A stretch of DNA of 64,000 bases from contig CAXXHG010000036.1 of NCBI GenBank assembly GCA_963666315.2, positions 1-64,000 on the forward strand. Reading direction: 5' to 3'. Both the position numbers and the translations under genes were made by a program. Of this stretch, positions 11,773 through 22,687 are shown one piece after another (the stretch's first letter is position 1; every line of letters begins with the position of its first letter). This DNA comes from Candidatus Binatia bacterium. GTDB lineage: Bacteria > Desulfobacterota > Binatia > Bin18. Under the pieces are notes generated by a model. That model was not told the origin of the DNA, made no database searches, and saw nothing but the letters and a program-made list of their open reading frames with translations.

Positions 11773-12500
11773 ATCTGTCCTCCGGTGACCATGGTTCCGA
11801 TCGGCTCACCGCGCACGGCCCGCTGGATATTGTTCGGCTCAAGCATGCTAAACACGACGATCGGGAGATCATTATCCATGCACAGGGAGATCGCTGTGGC
11901 ATCCATCACTTTGAGCTTTTGCTGCAAGATCTCAATATACGTCAAATGCGTATACCGTTTCGCACCCGTAGTCTTGAACGGATCTGCACTATAAATGCCG
12001 TCGACTTTCGTAGCTTTAAGGATCGCCTCGGCTCCAATTTCCATCGCTCGCAGGCAGGCTGCAGTGTCGGTTGTGAAATAGGGATTCCCCGTCCCGGAGG
12101 CAAAGATCACGACGCGCCCCTTCTCAAGATGGCGTGTTGCCCGACGGCGAATATAGGGTTCTGCGACTTGAGATACCGTCAATGCAGACATCACCCGTGT
12201 CGGAACATCGAGTTTCTCCAGGGCTGCCTGCATGGCTAAGCTGTTGATGATCGTTGCCAGCATGCCCATATAGTCGCCGGTGGCCCGCGCAATACCCCGT
12301 GTACTCGCCTCCATTCCGCGCAGGATATTCCCGCCGCCCAACACCAAGGCAGTTTCACAACCGAGCGCGCGTACTTGCTGCACTTCACCCGCAATACGGG
12401 ACAAGACGGTATCATCAATCCCATACCCATGTTCTCCCGCAAGCGCTTCCCCTCCTAGCTTGAGTAATACGCGTCGGTATGGTGTCAGCCTCGTCGCCAT
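11769..12500 (-). CDS. pyrH: UMP kinase
   Basis: [27 protein letters not shown] and GNPYFTTDT. Confidence 0.98.
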   Translation of the reverse strand: MATRLTPYRRVLLKLGGEALAGEHGYGIDDTVLSRIAGEVQQVRALGCETALVLGGGNILRGMEASTRGIARATGDYMGMLATIINSLAMQAALEKLDVPTRVMSALTVSQVAEPYIRRRATRHLEKGRVVIFASGTGNPYFTTDTAACLRAMEIGAEAILKATKVDGIYSADPFKTTGAKRYTHLTYIEILQQKLKVMDATAISLCMDNDLPIVVFSMLEPNNIQRAVRGEPIGTMVTGGQI

Positions 12501-12505
12501 GCAGC

Positions 12506-13132
12506 CTACTCGTTTGCCTCTTCTACTGTCCCTGCTTCTCCAATTTGGAACCGCGCAAACCGATGGACCACAATATTCTCACCCGTACGTGTCACGGCAT
12601 CCCGCACGACTTGTGCCACCGTCTTGCTCGAATCTCGGATAAACGTCTGCTCAAGCAAGCACGTCTCACTGTAAAATTTCTCTAATTTGCCTGCAATGAT
12701 CTTTTCAACAATATTCGCCGGCTTTCCGGATTCTTCCGCTTGCACGCGATACACCGCGCGCTCACGGTCGCGTTCCGCCTCGGAGACTTCTTCGCGCCGA
12801 ACGCAGCGCGGGCTCGCCGCAGCCACTTGCATGGCAACATCTTTCACTAGTTGCTGAAACTCCTCCGTGCGGGCGACAAAGTCCGTCTCACAATTAATCT
12901 CAACCAAAACACCGATCTTTCCACCGCCATGGATATAGGAGCCGACGACCCCCTGCTCTGCGGCGCGGCCGGCTTTCTTCGCTGCAGCGGCGAGCCCTTT
13001 CTCTCGCAAAAAATCAATGGCCTTTTCGATATCGCCATCGTTTTCGGTCAGCGCCTTCTTACAGTTTACGATTCCTGCGCCCGTACGCTCACGGAGTTCC
13101 TTCACTTGGGCCATGGAAACAGTGCTACTCAC
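12506..13132 (-). CDS. tsf: Elongation factor Ts (short form)
   Basis: [11 protein letters not shown] and [11 protein letters not shown]. Confidence 0.98.
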   Translation of the reverse strand: MSSTVSMAQVKELRERTGAGIVNCKKALTENDGDIEKAIDFLREKGLAAAAKKAGRAAEQGVVGSYIHGGGKIGVLVEINCETDFVARTEEFQQLVKDVAMQVAAASPRCVRREEVSEAERDRERAVYRVQAEESGKPANIVEKIIAGKLEKFYSETCLLEQTFIRDSSKTVAQVVRDAVTRTGENIVVHRFARFQIGEAGTVEEANE

Positions 13133-13950
13133 GCCACATTCCCTTCCTCCACGCTCGGCGACTCTGCCGGCGCTTCTGGTGTGACTTCTTGAACTGGGGC
13201 TTCCGGCGTCACAGCAACTTGCTCAGCCGCTTGTGGCGCTGCCTGTTCTTGCTGTCGCTCTTCAAGCACTGCGCGTCCTTCGAGGGCGGCCTCAGCAATG
13301 GCGCTGCTAAAAAGGCGGATTGCGCGTATGGCATCGTCGTTGCCCGGGACTTTGTGGGTCACAAGATCCGGATCACAATTTGAATCAATGGCAGCCAGGA
13401 CTGGAATGCCGAGCTTATTCGCCTCGCGCACAGCGATTTCTTCCTTCTTGGTATCCACAACGAACATGGCATCCGGCAACTTGCGCATGGTTTTAATGCC
13501 ACCCAACACACTCATCAATTTGTCGCGTTCGCGACTCATCTTCAACAGTTCTTTTTTGGTTAAGGCTTCGGCAACTGCCGGCGTCTCAAGCATTTCGTCT
13601 AGACGTTTGAGCCGATCAATAGATTTCCGAATCGTTTGAAAATTCGTCAACATCCCACCCAACCAGCGGTTATTGATATAGAACATGTCACACCGCTCGG
13701 CTTCTTCGCGCACTACCTCCTGGGCTTGTTTCTTTGTCCCTACAAACAAAATTTGCCCGCCCTCGGCAGCAAGGTCGCGGACAAAGCCGCACACATCGCG
13801 CAGCATGCCCACTGTCTGCTGCAGATCAATAATGTGGATGCCGTTACGCGCACCAAAGATATACGGCTTCATCTTCGGATTCCATCGACTCGTTTGGTGA
13901 CCAAAGTGCACCCCGGCTTCCAGCAATTGCTTAATGGTAATCTCAACCAT
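13129..13950 (-). CDS. rpsB: 30S ribosomal protein S2
   Basis: [21 protein letters not shown] and [10 protein letters not shown]. Confidence 0.99.
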   Translation of the reverse strand: MVEITIKQLLEAGVHFGHQTSRWNPKMKPYIFGARNGIHIIDLQQTVGMLRDVCGFVRDLAAEGGQILFVGTKKQAQEVVREEAERCDMFYINNRWLGGMLTNFQTIRKSIDRLKRLDEMLETPAVAEALTKKELLKMSRERDKLMSVLGGIKTMRKLPDAMFVVDTKKEEIAVREANKLGIPVLAAIDSNCDPDLVTHKVPGNDDAIRAIRLFSSAIAEAALEGRAVLEERQQEQAAPQAAEQVAVTPEAPVQEVTPEAPAESPSVEEGNVA

Positions 13951-14041
13951 GCATATAGACCTTTCTTCTCAGCAGTTCACAGAATTTCGTTTATTCTAGA
14001 GAAAAATTTTGTAGCAAACTGCAAAACCATTTGCAATGCAC

Positions 14042-15370
14042 TTACCCATTCATCGATTCTAGAAATTCCTGATTATCCTTCGTGCCCTGGACTTTGTCCA
14101 TAAAGAATTCCATGGCCTCAACCGCGTTGAGCTGCGCTAACAACTTTCTGAGTATCCATACCCGGTTCAGCACATCGCGAGAGAGGAGTAATTCTTCTTT
14201 CCGCGTTCCTGATCGACCGATATCCATGGCCGGGAATATGCGTTTATCCATAAGCCGCCGATCCAGATGAATTTCCATATTCCCGGTGCCTTTGAATTCT
14301 TCAAAAATCACCTCATCCATGCGGCTCCCGGTATCCACGAGCGCGGTCCCGATAATGGTCAAACTCCCGCCATCTTCAATATTCCGCGCGGACCCAAAGA
14401 ATTTTTTTGGCCCCCTTAGCGCATTTGCATCAACACCACCGGAGAGCAGTTTTCCACTGGGAGGGACGACCGCATTAAACGCCCGGGCGAGACGGGTCAC
14501 ACTATCTAACAGCACCACAACGTCTCTGCCGTGCTCGACTAATCGTTTCGCTTTTTCTATGACCATCTCTGCGACTTGGACGTGTCGTGTCGCAGGTTCG
14601 TCAAACGTCGAACTGACAACCTCAGCCTTGACGAGGCGCTGCATATCAGTGACTTCCTCGGGCCGCTCATCAATCAACAAGACAATCAAAATGACCTCTT
14701 TATGATTGTGCACAATTCCGTGAGCGAGGTTCTGCAGCATCATCGTCTTCCCCGTGCGGGGGGCGGCAACAATCAGGCCGCGTTGGCCCTTCCCGATCGG
14801 GGTCAGCAGGTCGATGAGTCGGGTCGTATACTCCTCGGGGTCGTTTTCGAGTTTCAGATGTTCATCAGGGTAGAGGGGAGTAAGATTATCAAACAGGATC
14901 TTATCCCTGGCCCGCTCGGGTTCTTCGTAATTCAGTGCCTCAACTTTAAGCAGCGCAAAATAGCGTTCGCCTTCTTTCGGCGGACGAATTTGGCCGGCGA
15001 CAACATCACCGGTCCGGAGACTAAAGCGCCGAATCTGGCTGGGGGACACATAGATGTCATCAGGTCCAGGTAGATAGTTATAATCAGGAGAACGTAAGAA
15101 GCCGAAGCCGTCTGACAGGATCTCGAGTACCCCCTCTCCATAAATAAACCCACTTTGCTCGGCCTGAGCTTGCAGGATGGCAAAAATTAAATCTTGCTTT
15201 CGCAAACTTGACGCGCCTTCTACATTAAAGTTCCGAGAAATCTGGGTCAGTTCTCCAATCTTTTTCGACTTTAATGACTTGAGGTTCAGGCCGCCATCCT
15301 CAGCCGTTCCATTAACGCGCACATCCTGTATGCCATTTGTATCGTTAGTTTTCGTGGTCACGCGACCCAT
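14042..15370 (-). CDS. rho: Transcription termination factor Rho
   Basis: [35 protein letters not shown] and [10 protein letters not shown]. Start set at ATG 15370, which has GGAGG upstream. Confidence 0.98.
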   Translation of the reverse strand: MGRVTTKTNDTNGIQDVRVNGTAEDGGLNLKSLKSKKIGELTQISRNFNVEGASSLRKQDLIFAILQAQAEQSGFIYGEGVLEILSDGFGFLRSPDYNYLPGPDDIYVSPSQIRRFSLRTGDVVAGQIRPPKEGERYFALLKVEALNYEEPERARDKILFDNLTPLYPDEHLKLENDPEEYTTRLIDLLTPIGKGQRGLIVAAPRTGKTMMLQNLAHGIVHNHKEVILIVLLIDERPEEVTDMQRLVKAEVVSSTFDEPATRHVQVAEMVIEKAKRLVEHGRDVVVLLDSVTRLARAFNAVVPPSGKLLSGGVDANALRGPKKFFGSARNIEDGGSLTIIGTALVDTGSRMDEVIFEEFKGTGNMEIHLDRRLMDKRIFPAMDIGRSGTRKEELLLSRDVLNRVWILRKLLAQLNAVEAMEFFMDKVQGTKDNQEFLESMNG

Positions 15371-15573
15371 ACATTCCTCCCAATTCGTCTCTAGCACTTG
15401 ACCGGGGGATCACTTTCTCAATGTTGAGAGTTGGTGCGGCAGGTCCAATCGCCTTAAGGGCCTATCGTGGTGTGACGGGAGAAGCCATCCGGAAACAGAA
15501 GATAATGTGACTGGCGAGAAATTCTTTATCGGGGTGGTCTACAGAAGATGACTCATCCTCTGTGAGCCTTCTT

Positions 15574-15602
15574 AGCATAATACATACATCTCAAGCTGTC
15601 AA
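15574..15602 (-). promoter_or_regulatory. sigma70-type promoter of rho
   Basis: Minus strand TTGACA (15602-15597), 17-bp spacer, TATGCT (15579-15574), followed by a ~200-nt leader. Confidence 0.75.
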
Positions 15603-16547
15603 CGAGCAGGGGAAATCGTGCTGACCCGTTACTTGCGAAAGAAGATGTGCAAAATCTGCAGGGTATGGGGCACGGATCGTCACCGCTGCCTGGTTTTCCG
15701 GATGCGCAAATTGAATGGCCTCGGCATGTAATGCTTGACGAGGGAAATCTCTGAACATGCTGGGAACAGCGTGTTCCATCCGTCGAGAACCATACAGCCG
15801 GTCTCCAATAATCGGATGATTGAACGCGGCAAGGTGAACACGCAATTGATGTGTTCGCCCGGTTTCCGGAAAGAGACGAACCAGTGTGACATTTTGAGCA
15901 GAATCGACCACCTCGTAGCGACTGACGGCAGGTCGACTTTTGCGCGCGTGGATAGACATTTTCTTGCGGTCAATGGGATGCCGTCCGAGAGGCAGCGCGA
16001 TGACGCCAGCCCTTTGAGTCCATCGTCCGACCACAACCGCCAGATAGGTTTTGTGAACCTGTCGAGTTTTGAATTGAGCAGCCAGATTCTCTAGTGCGGC
16101 TCTGTGTTTTGCGACCAGGAGAACACCCGAGGTATCTTTGTCGAGCCGATGGACTATCCCTGGTCGGATTGACGGCTCGTCCGTATCCCAGCCCCAATGC
16201 CCAAGAAGGGCGTTGACAACAGTGCCATGCCAATGGCCGGGAGCTGGATGGACAACCATCCCTGGAGGTTTATTAATCGCCGCCAGGCTCCCGTCCTCAT
16301 ATAATATATCGAGCGGGAGAGACTCTGGTCTTGCTGTGGTTGGCTGAGGGGGAAGCGGCTGGATTTCAATGGCCTCTGCTATCCTGACCGGATAGCTCGC
16401 TTTTTTGTATTGACCTTCTACTAAAACCCGCTTGTTCGCTATGAGTCTCTTCGCATGCGAGCGGCTAACCGCCGCAAGATCAGCAATCACGACATCCAAG
16501 CGCTGGCTGACTTTGGGCAGGGGAACCCTGAAATATTGAATAGTCAC
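15591..16547 (-). CDS. rluD: RluA/RluD family pseudouridine synthase
   Basis: N-terminal S4 domain, NKPPGMVVHP, HRLDKDTSG and GRTHQLRVH. Confidence 0.9.
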   Translation of the reverse strand: MTIQYFRVPLPKVSQRLDVVIADLAAVSRSHAKRLIANKRVLVEGQYKKASYPVRIAEAIEIQPLPPQPTTARPESLPLDILYEDGSLAAINKPPGMVVHPAPGHWHGTVVNALLGHWGWDTDEPSIRPGIVHRLDKDTSGVLLVAKHRAALENLAAQFKTRQVHKTYLAVVVGRWTQRAGVIALPLGRHPIDRKKMSIHARKSRPAVSRYEVVDSAQNVTLVRLFPETGRTHQLRVHLAAFNHPIIGDRLYGSRRMEHAVPSMFRDFPRQALHAEAIQFAHPENQAAVTIRAPYPADFAHLLSQVTGQHDFPCSLTA

Positions 16548-17482
16548 AAGGCACTCTGTTCGGTCAGAGAGAGGAGGGTACGCGCGCGGCGCGCATCCTC
16601 TCGAATCTGGCTGACCAAACCCTGGACCGACGGGAATTTGCGCTCTTTGCGTAAGCGTTCGACAAACGCTATACGAATCCGTTTCCCATACAGGTCCGCC
16701 GAGAAGTCAAACAGATGCGTTTCAATGGTCCGCTGATTTTCGCCAAAGGTCGGATTGACACCGACATTCGCTACAGCATGATACTGGTCGTCATCGACAT
16801 CGACGCATACGGCGTACACCCCGTTTGGCAAAAGCACCTGACCCCGAGGGCGTAGATTTGCAGTTGGAAATCCGATTTCTCGACCACGCTGAAAACCTTT
16901 CACGACCCGCCCACTCAGCGCATATGGTTGTCCAAGAAGTTGGGTCGCCTCACTCATATTCCCTGCCGTCAGCAATGATCGTAACGCCGTGCTACTGACT
17001 GCACGGTTTCCGACCGTAACCGGCCCAACAACTTCCACCTCAAACCCCCACTGTTCCCCCCATGCGACAAGACGTTCAGCGTTACCGGCTCGATCCCGAC
17101 CGAAACTGACATTATGCCCGACGACAATTTTTTCCACCCCAATCGCCTCGACGAGGTAGCGTTGAATAAATTCTTCTGGGGTCAACCGTGCAAAACCAAG
17201 TTCAAAGCGCTGAAGGATAATCCCATCGACACCCATCGCCGCAATCCGCTGGAGCTTCTCACGCAAACTCAAGATAAGAGAAACCGGACGGTCAGGTCGA
17301 AGGACCGTCAAGGGATGCGGATGAAAGGTCATCACCAGGGCCGTGCCCTGCTGCGCCGCCGCTTCGTCAACAAGCTTCTTGAGAATTCTCCGATGTCCGA
17401 TATGGACGCCATCGAAATTTCCGAGACCGATGAGGGAGTGTGGTAAGGGAGGTTGGGAGAGGATAGTGCGGATAATTTTCAT
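16544..17482 (-). CDS. ribF: Riboflavin kinase / FAD synthetase
   Basis: GNFDGVHIGH, VSST, GREIGFPTAN and LRKERKF. Confidence 0.97.
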   Translation of the reverse strand: MKIIRTILSQPPLPHSLIGLGNFDGVHIGHRRILKKLVDEAAAQQGTALVMTFHPHPLTVLRPDRPVSLILSLREKLQRIAAMGVDGIILQRFELGFARLTPEEFIQRYLVEAIGVEKIVVGHNVSFGRDRAGNAERLVAWGEQWGFEVEVVGPVTVGNRAVSSTALRSLLTAGNMSEATQLLGQPYALSGRVVKGFQRGREIGFPTANLRPRGQVLLPNGVYAVCVDVDDDQYHAVANVGVNPTFGENQRTIETHLFDFSADLYGKRIRIAFVERLRKERKFPSVQGLVSQIREDARRARTLLSLTEQSAL

Positions 17483-17518
17483 GCGTAGCCCACCGCAGAG
17501 GTCCGGGGGATGAAAAGG

Positions 17519-18346
17519 CTAGCGTCCAAGAGTCTGGAGCATGGTTTGCGCTTCTGCCGTTTGCAGAGCACTCGGGTAGTCACTGATCAACTTCCGGAGG
17601 ATCAATCTCGCGTCAGTTTTATCTCCAATAGCCAGAAACGCTTGCGCTTGTCGGAATAACGCGGCAGGAACTCGGTCACCACGCCGGTAAGAGAGTACGT
17701 CATTAAACTCGAGAATCGCCCGATTGTAATCATCTTGAAGATAATGACTCTCTCCAATCCAGTACTGTGCATCGTCTGCCATTTTTGAGTCTGGACATTG
17801 CCGTTGGAACTTCCGAAACTCCTGAACCGCAGGATCATAGGTTTGTCCCCGAAAGAGCCGTAGTGCCCCACGATACAGATCTTGACACGCTGGAGATTCA
17901 TTTGCCATCTGTATATTCGAATCCGCCGGCGGAGCAGGAGGATGGGACGCTGGTGGGCCGAAGGGGAGCGGCGGCGTACCCTCCGCCTCGACTCCCTGTG
18001 GACTGGGCAAGGGTGGCTCTCCAGGCCGATACTCGGGACTCCTTCTGGCGTAGTGCATGCGTCCTTCGAGACTCGTCAGCCGTTTTTCTATTTTGCGTAG
18101 CTGAGGAGCAGTCCCCCTGCCCTGCTGAGAGACACGATTCAAACGATGCCGGAGTTCTTCGACCTCACCCTGAACGCGCTGGAGTTCCCTGCGGAGGCTA
18201 TCCAGTGAGGCGTGCGTATTCGCAGCTTGGGTGCGGACTACGGCCCGATCACTCTGCAGCTGTTGCAGATCGGCTTGGGTCGCACACCCAGTGATCCAGA
18301 GGCACAGGACGAAAAGGGACGGAGTAGCAGGACGGAGCAATTTCAC
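17519..18346 (-). CDS. cpoB: Tol-Pal system protein CpoB/YbgF
   Basis: Lipoprotein-like N-terminus (ITGC), coiled coil and TPR (ADDAQYWIGE), directly after pal. Start trimmed to GTG 18346 to avoid overlap with pal. Confidence 0.9.
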   Translation of the reverse strand: MKLLRPATPSLFVLCLWITGCATQADLQQLQSDRAVVRTQAANTHASLDSLRRELQRVQGEVEELRHRLNRVSQQGRGTAPQLRKIEKRLTSLEGRMHYARRSPEYRPGEPPLPSPQGVEAEGTPPLPFGPPASHPPAPPADSNIQMANESPACQDLYRGALRLFRGQTYDPAVQEFRKFQRQCPDSKMADDAQYWIGESHYLQDDYNRAILEFNDVLSYRRGDRVPAALFRQAQAFLAIGDKTDARLILRKLISDYPSALQTAEAQTMLQTLGR

Positions 18347-18384
18347 ACAACGTTCGTACCGACGTACAGCATCTTGTAGAGCAC

Positions 18385-18918
18385 CTAGCGCAGGACAAGG
18401 AAATGGTTGCGTCGATTTTGCTGCCAACATGATTCATTCAGATCCGTACACTGCGGCAACTCTTCTCCATAACTAATCGTTGACAGCCGTTCAGGAGGAA
18501 TCCCCAACGTAATGAGATAATCTCGTGCCGCGCGTGCACGTTTCGCTCCAAGAGCGAGGTTATATTCAACCGTTCCTCGGTCGTCACAATGCCCTTCGAC
18601 TTCCACTTTGGCTTGGGTGTTACTCTGCAGCCAGTCTGCATTTGCTTGCAAAACCTGTTGAGCCTCAGCAGAGAGTTCAAACGAATTATACGCAAAAAGG
18701 ACATCTTGCAACGGACCACCGCCGTCGCCTTCGCCTTGGACTCGATCTTGAACGCGCCCCCCTGCAGCAAGATCGGATTCACCAACCCCGGATGAACCAG
18801 AACTGCCATAACTGGAACCAGCAATGTTTTGTGGTGTCTTTTTCGGGCATCCAGCCATGATAATAGAAATAAAGAGAACGCTGATCAGCCACCCGCTACG
18901 GAATATAGTATGCCTCAT
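18385..18918 (-). CDS. pal: Peptidoglycan-associated lipoprotein
   Basis: Lipobox MAGC and OmpA-like domain EGHCDDRGTVEYNLALGAKRA...SYGEE...QNRR. Confidence 0.97.
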   Translation of the reverse strand: MRHTIFRSGWLISVLFISIIMAGCPKKTPQNIAGSSYGSSGSSGVGESDLAAGGRVQDRVQGEGDGGGPLQDVLFAYNSFELSAEAQQVLQANADWLQSNTQAKVEVEGHCDDRGTVEYNLALGAKRARAARDYLITLGIPPERLSTISYGEELPQCTDLNESCWQQNRRNHFLVLR

Positions 18919-18949
18919 TTTTGTCTGCTTTTCCTCCAGCCACGCGAGC

Positions 18950-20233
18950 TTATGGTAGGCGTGGCGACCACGCCGGACTAGTATCATTTCCCCTACCTCC
19001 AGTCAATTGTTTTATACTCCGACCGTCACGACTGAGCATATAGATCCGACCGCGCCGAGTCACCGCGAGATAGCGTCCGTCCGGTGACCAGGACGGATGC
19101 TCTCCACGCCCGACTTTGGTCGCTTCTCCGCCAGCCGGCTCAATCGACATAATCTGAAAACCACCCGATCGGGCAGTATAGGCAATACGATCGCCTTTAG
19201 GCGACCACGCGGGATCGGTATTATAACGTCCTCGAAAGGTCAACCGCCGGGACCGTCCGGTTTCAACATCCATGACGTAGATCTGCGGACTCCCGCTCCG
19301 GTCCGAACAGAAGGCAAGACGACGACCATCCGGCGACCAGGCCGGCGAAACATCAATCCCGGCGTGACGCGTCAAGCGTCGAATCAGCTTTCCTTGCGGC
19401 GTAATAAGAAACAGGTCAGCATTCCCGCGCTGCTCCACACTCACCGCCACCAGCTTGCCGTCCGGCGACCAACTTGCTCCGTAGCCGACCTTCGCATACA
19501 CACGCGAGGCGCGCCCACTGGCTAAATTCAACCGATAGGGATACGGGCCGCCGCGCTTATACGAGATGAACAGGAGCTCTTCCCCGGTTGGGCTCCAGCT
19601 CGGTCCAAGGCTCAATGTCCGGTCTCGTGTCACTCGGCGGACTTCAGTCCCACTCACATCCATGCGGTAGACTTCCTTTGCACGACCATCTGCACGGTTG
19701 GACACAAATGCAATCTGAGAATTAAACGGCCCTTCTTCACCGGTGAGGAAAAGCATAATTTGGTCGGCAAACCGATGCGCCATACGTCGCACATCGGCCC
19801 GTACGCCTTGATACCGCTTTCCCCCCAATTGTTTGCGCTGGGTCACATCAAAAAGCCGCGCTTCAATAATCAGCCGCTCGCCCTCAATCCAGAATCCACC
19901 TTTCGCCAACGCACTGGCATCCAAAACCGACCAATTCTGAAAGTTGATCTGTTCCAGCACAAATCCGTCTGGACCCTCAATATAGGCACGCCGATCAAGC
20001 ACTCGAAATAATCCCGATAGCTCCAAATCACGCGCAATAACGTCAGCAAAGATCCGGCCAATTTCACGGTCTGGGTGGGCAGCTGGGTTTGACAATGGCG
20101 CAATAGCTATGGGGACTCCAGCCCCCCCGGGTGTAGGGATCTCGATCCGAATTTGCGCCTCTAGAGGCCCGGCAGAGTAGAGCACCCCCAGCATCCACGC
20201 TACTCTTGCCCCCCTCACCCATCCCTTCAGCAC
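18950..20233 (-). CDS. tolB: Tol-Pal beta-propeller protein TolB
   Basis: TolB N-domain (AHRFADQI) plus PD40 repeats (PAWSPDG). Confidence 0.96.
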   Translation of the reverse strand: MLKGWVRGARVAWMLGVLYSAGPLEAQIRIEIPTPGGAGVPIAIAPLSNPAAHPDREIGRIFADVIARDLELSGLFRVLDRRAYIEGPDGFVLEQINFQNWSVLDASALAKGGFWIEGERLIIEARLFDVTQRKQLGGKRYQGVRADVRRMAHRFADQIMLFLTGEEGPFNSQIAFVSNRADGRAKEVYRMDVSGTEVRRVTRDRTLSLGPSWSPTGEELLFISYKRGGPYPYRLNLASGRASRVYAKVGYGASWSPDGKLVAVSVEQRGNADLFLITPQGKLIRRLTRHAGIDVSPAWSPDGRRLAFCSDRSGSPQIYVMDVETGRSRRLTFRGRYNTDPAWSPKGDRIAYTARSGGFQIMSIEPAGGEATKVGRGEHPSWSPDGRYLAVTRRGRIYMLSRDGRSIKQLTGGRGNDTSPAWSPRLP

Positions 20234-20263
20234 AATCTCATCCAGCCCATCCGGCTCCTCCCG

Positions 20264-21265
20264 TCATTGAATACGACTCGTCTCGCCAAAGACCACCTCG
20301 ACCTTTTGCCGGGCAAATTCGTACCGGTATGCTGCAGGTGGAGGAGGCAAAGGACTGGCTTTCCTCACGGCTCGTACGGCAGACTCGTCGAATGCCATGT
20401 CCCCAGACCGCTGCGCGAATTCCACATCAAAGACTTGACCATTCGCCTGAATACCAAAACGAACGATCACCGTGAGACCGGTCTTGAGTTCGGCAACAAT
20501 CCAACTCTGTTTCACCTGCCGTTTCACTTGTTCCGTATACAAAATGAATTGCAACCCGCGGACGGGACCCACGCCACCGCCGTCACCTTGTCGGGCAGCA
20601 CCACTCGAAGCACCTCTCTTCGAGTTCTTGGTATTTTTTGCCGGCCTGGCTTGATCTCCTGCCCCCTTTACCCTCTGCCGCACCTTTTCTAACGCGGCTA
20701 AGATTTGTTGGTCGCGCTTCTGGGTCGATGTTTGTGTCTCCTTTTGCCGACTCGTTTGTTCTTGCGCAGAAGTGGGCTGAGTCTGGGCTTCTTTTTTCGG
20801 CTTTTTCGCCTTGACCTTCTGTTGCGCTTTCTTTTTGGGCGTAGTCTTTTTCTTTGCCGCAATTTTTACCGTCTTCTTTTTGTTCGGCGCAGCTTTGGCG
20901 GATTTAACAGGCGTAACCTCTTTCTGGATCGCTGTGGGTTTCTGAGACGTGACCTCCTTCTTTGCCGGTGGAGGCTGGTGACGTGGTGCGACCATCTGTG
21001 GGACAGCCACCTCAGGCTTTACCTCTTGCTCGGAAACCGCCGGCTGCGCAGGTGTAGGAAAGCCCAAGGATTCAGCGGAAACGAGAGCTACAGTATACGT
21101 TTGTAACACTCTGATCTCTGACTGCCCCTGGCGCACCGACGTCACCATATACACCACCAGAACCACATGAATAAGCGCCGAAAGGAGAACCATACGACTC
21201 AACCGCTTGTCCTTCGGTCTGCCCGGCGGCTGAGCCTTGCGCAGTTGCGTCTTTTGTTTCATCAC
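20264..21265 (-). CDS. tolA: TolA/TonB family energy transducer
   Basis: TM helix with SxxxH, Lys/Pro-rich linker and TonB_2-type C-domain (SGDMAFDESAVRAV). Confidence 0.9.
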   Translation of the reverse strand: MMKQKTQLRKAQPPGRPKDKRLSRMVLLSALIHVVLVVYMVTSVRQGQSEIRVLQTYTVALVSAESLGFPTPAQPAVSEQEVKPEVAVPQMVAPRHQPPPAKKEVTSQKPTAIQKEVTPVKSAKAAPNKKKTVKIAAKKKTTPKKKAQQKVKAKKPKKEAQTQPTSAQEQTSRQKETQTSTQKRDQQILAALEKVRQRVKGAGDQARPAKNTKNSKRGASSGAARQGDGGGVGPVRGLQFILYTEQVKRQVKQSWIVAELKTGLTVIVRFGIQANGQVFDVEFAQRSGDMAFDESAVRAVRKASPLPPPPAAYRYEFARQKVEVVFGETSRIQ

Positions 21266-21274
21266 AACTGCTCA

Positions 21275-21706
21275 CTAGCCCTTGCTTTCCGGATCCTGTG
21301 CCGGAAGCGGCTCAGTCACCATGCCGAGCTTTGCAATGCCGGCGTTTCGGACCGCGGCCATGACGGCAACCACTTTTCCATACACAACGTGTTTGTCCGC
21401 CCGCAGATACACGGTCCGGTCCGGACGAAGCTTCACAATGGCAGCTAATTTTTCGCTTAAGTCAGCAAGGTCGAGCAGTGTATCGTTGAGGTGGATCGTT
21501 CCGTTTCGGTCGATTGCGACCACCAACTGATCATCAGTCTCGGCCGTTAAAGGCCCAGCTTCAACCTCAGGCAGCTCAACATTCACCCCTTGCTGCAGGA
21601 TAGGCGTAGTCACCATGAAAATCACTAAAAGTACCAACATCACGTCAACAAAGGGTGTGACGTTGATCTGGGAAATACTGCTCTCATCCTGCTGATCAAA
21701 GGCCAT
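21275..21706 (-). CDS. tolR: TolR
   Basis: INVTPFVDVMLVLLVIFMVT and RADKHVVYG. Confidence 0.96.
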   Translation of the reverse strand: MAFDQQDESSISQINVTPFVDVMLVLLVIFMVTTPILQQGVNVELPEVEAGPLTAETDDQLVVAIDRNGTIHLNDTLLDLADLSEKLAAIVKLRPDRTVYLRADKHVVYGKVVAVMAAVRNAGIAKLGMVTEPLPAQDPESKG

Positions 21707-21730
21707 AGGACGTGTCCTGTGTCTTTTTGT

Positions 21731-22474
21731 TTATAAAAAATGACGTTCTGCGATGTTCAGGAATTCAGCCGAAAAATTCTCCATATCCGATGCCATAACA
21801 CGCACTTTACGGCTAAAGTGATTATACGCCATGACTGCGGGAATCGCGGCCGCAAGGCCAATAGCTGTTGCAATGAGCGCTTCAGCAATCCCCGGGGCAA
21901 CCGCCTGAATCGTTGACGTCCGAGCGAGACTCAACCCACGAAATGCATTCATAATGCCCCAGACTGTGCCAAATAGACCAATAAAAGGGGCCGTACTGGC
22001 CGTGGTCGCCAGAAATGTTAGTGCCCGTTCGAGCCGGGTTATCTGTTCACGTGACGCACGTCGCATCGCCCGCTCAACATTATCGATCCCGCCTTCTTCA
22101 GGAATCGTGAGCAGAACAGTTTCCGCCGGATCAGACTGTTTCCGCGTGCGGGTGAGGCGCACCAGTTCCTGATAGCCGGCTCGAAACACCTGGGCGAGCG
22201 GACTCGCTTGCATTTCTAATGCGGCGGTTTGAATAGCCGGCAGATTCTTGGTCTCCCAAAACACGACCGTGAAGCGTTCGGATTCACGCCGTGCTTGGCG
22301 GAGCTGGCGAAGCTTGTAGAACGTAATCCCCCAACTGACAACCGAAAAAACCAGCAAGATATACAGAACAGCCTGGACCACTGGTCCAGAGCCTGTGACC
22401 ATATCAAGAAGGCTGTGTGATTGCCGAAAAGGAATGTCGGCCTGAAGCGCAAAATGCCCGAGAAAACCATCCAT
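21731..22474 (-). CDS. tolQ: TolQ
   Basis: APFIGLFGTVWGIM and APGIAEALIATAIGL. Start uncertain; ATG 22474 chosen. Confidence 0.95.
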   Translation of the reverse strand: MDGFLGHFALQADIPFRQSHSLLDMVTGSGPVVQAVLYILLVFSVVSWGITFYKLRQLRQARRESERFTVVFWETKNLPAIQTAALEMQASPLAQVFRAGYQELVRLTRTRKQSDPAETVLLTIPEEGGIDNVERAMRRASREQITRLERALTFLATTASTAPFIGLFGTVWGIMNAFRGLSLARTSTIQAVAPGIAEALIATAIGLAAAIPAVMAYNHFSRKVRVMASDMENFSAEFLNIAERHFL

Positions 22475-22687
22475 AATCCGATTTCCACCCCCCCACAAAC
22501 ACGCGTTGGCAGCCTCAGGCCCTATCACTATTAGCTCACGACCACCTATGGGTAGCACTAATACACGCCGGCAAAGGAGTCAATCGTTTCCGTTCGTTTC
22601 CCTACGTTTTCACGTGACGGGCTTTCACCAAACAGGAAAATATGAAAAGAAATCTGGCGGGACCGCTACTGCGAAAAAAGAGGAATT

